Below the pieces are notes generated by a model. The model saw only the letters and a program-made list of their open reading frames with translations, ran no database searches and was not told the DNA's origin. A DNA stretch of 64,000 bases from assembly GCA_965198115.1 (NCBI GenBank), contig OZ240241.1:1760001-1824000 (forward strand), in the 5' to 3' direction. Position numbers and translations under genes: made by a program. The stretch is from Candidatus Latescibacterota bacterium. Its GTDB lineage: Bacteria; Latescibacterota; UBA2968. Each line of letters starts with the position of its first letter. The first letter of the stretch is position 1. This document shows, one piece after another, positions 63,169 through 64,000 of the stretch.

Positions 63169-64000
63169 TTGTCGAACGGCTCATATTCGCCGGCGGACAT
63201 GATGTGTCGACCGATCTCCTCAGCCACTCTCTTGTTTGCCTCTCTCGTGAAGTGGCAGTAGTCCACAAACACCTGCCCACTCCAGCCATGCATGCTCTCC
63301 ATTGAGCGAATTCGTTTCCCAACCGGGAGCGATTGATGGGCTCCCAGCAGGAAGCCGTTCTGGGCCGATCTCGCCATGTAACAGTTGTAAACGGCCTTCT
63401 CTACGCCGAACAGACGGGAGGTATCTCTCAAGCTGAGGTGGGGCTGAACGAGCAGCAGGTGTGGTACGCCATCCGCGTTCAGGTCCCGATCGAGTCCGCG
63501 CAGGTGCGCCAGGAGCGCGCGTTGGGACCTGACCGTATGCTCGTCTGTCGGCGGTGCCGGATTGGTCGCAACAGGCACCCTCAACCACTTCCTGTACACA
63601 TCCTCGTCCTGGCGAGAGGTTACGGGCGTCTGGATCAGACCGCTCTTTGCGTAAACATATTCACCGATCAAAAACAGCAGCGCGGAGTTGCGCATCGCTG
63701 CGCGGAATTCTCGGTAAGGGAAGCGCTTGAATCGGTGATTGGCCCAGTATTCCTCTATCACCTCTTGCGTCGTTTTGCCCTCGCCAAGGCGATCGTTCAC
63801 ACCGTCGATTGAGACGACCCAATCGGGACGCAGACGTCGGAGTTCCTTATACCGAAGGCGGGACTGTAGAGCTCTCGCGGATGAAATGGCCGCGTTGAAG
63901 ACACGGACGTTCTTTGTCGGGAAGCCTTGTCGCAAGATCGACTCGAGGTACCCATCAATGGATTCATCAATAGGGTGGGTTCCCACGCCGGTGATCTTGA
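63165..64000 (-). CDS. SGNH/GDSL hydrolase family protein, 5' part outside the window
   Basis: VFNAAISS, IDGVND, LLVQP, FVDYCHFT..ANK. Confidence 0.85.
   Translation of the reverse strand, partial: KITGVGTHPIDESIDGYLESILRQGFPTKNVRVFNAAISSARALQSRLRYKELRRLRPDWVVSIDGVNDRLGEGKTTQEVIEEYWANHRFKRFPYREFRAAMRNSALLFLIGEYVYAKSGLIQTPVTSRQDEDVYRKWLRVPVATNPAPPTDEHTVRSQRALLAHLRGLDRDLNADGVPHLLLVQPHLSLRDTSRLFGVEKAVYNCYMARSAQNGFLLGAHQSLPVGKRIRSMESMHGWSGQVFVDYCHFTREANKRVAEEIGRHIMSAGEYEPFDK

Noticed and set aside
1-64000. CRISPR array, tRNA, rRNA or integron cassette array
   Set aside because: No regularly spaced short direct repeats or RNA-gene signatures seen by eye; all long repeats resolve to IS copies, the non-coding element or REP-like units.

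Overview
GC-rich bacterial chromosomal window with two metabolic gene blocks and one surface-polysaccharide modification locus, heavily disrupted by mobile DNA (about 23 kb, roughly a third of the window, by my manual tally). The metabolic genes are mostly on the minus strand: two sulfatases, a Gfo/Idh/MocA oxidoreductase, a 2-hydroxyacid dehydrogenase, Kce, a class-III aminotransferase, CocE/NonD, tandem Ldh_2 paralogs, PhyH dioxygenases, a CoA-transferase, MaoC and ABC solute-binding proteins. The polysaccharide locus (SGNH, formyltransferase, GNAT/FemAB, deacetylases, methyltransferases) is split by about 11 kb of nested insertions. Mobile elements with ends and, where present, target-site duplications (TSDs) read from the sequence: three IS256-family types, ISL3 (3 copies), ISAzo13 (2), IS3 (2), IS200, and remnants of IS21, IS1182 and IS1380. 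The left end holds a decayed SspC/SspD phosphorothioation remnant and an orphan HTH protein with a QLSLF motif. The most unusual feature is a transposase-less element of about 0.8 kb with TGT...ACA ends. It is present twice, each copy with its own perfect 7-bp TSD, and carries an internal segment resembling a phage cos packaging site plus an IHF-like site. No rRNA, tRNA or CRISPR array was seen. Many isolated frameshifts may be long-read errors. All family calls come from motif recognition by eye, not from database searches.
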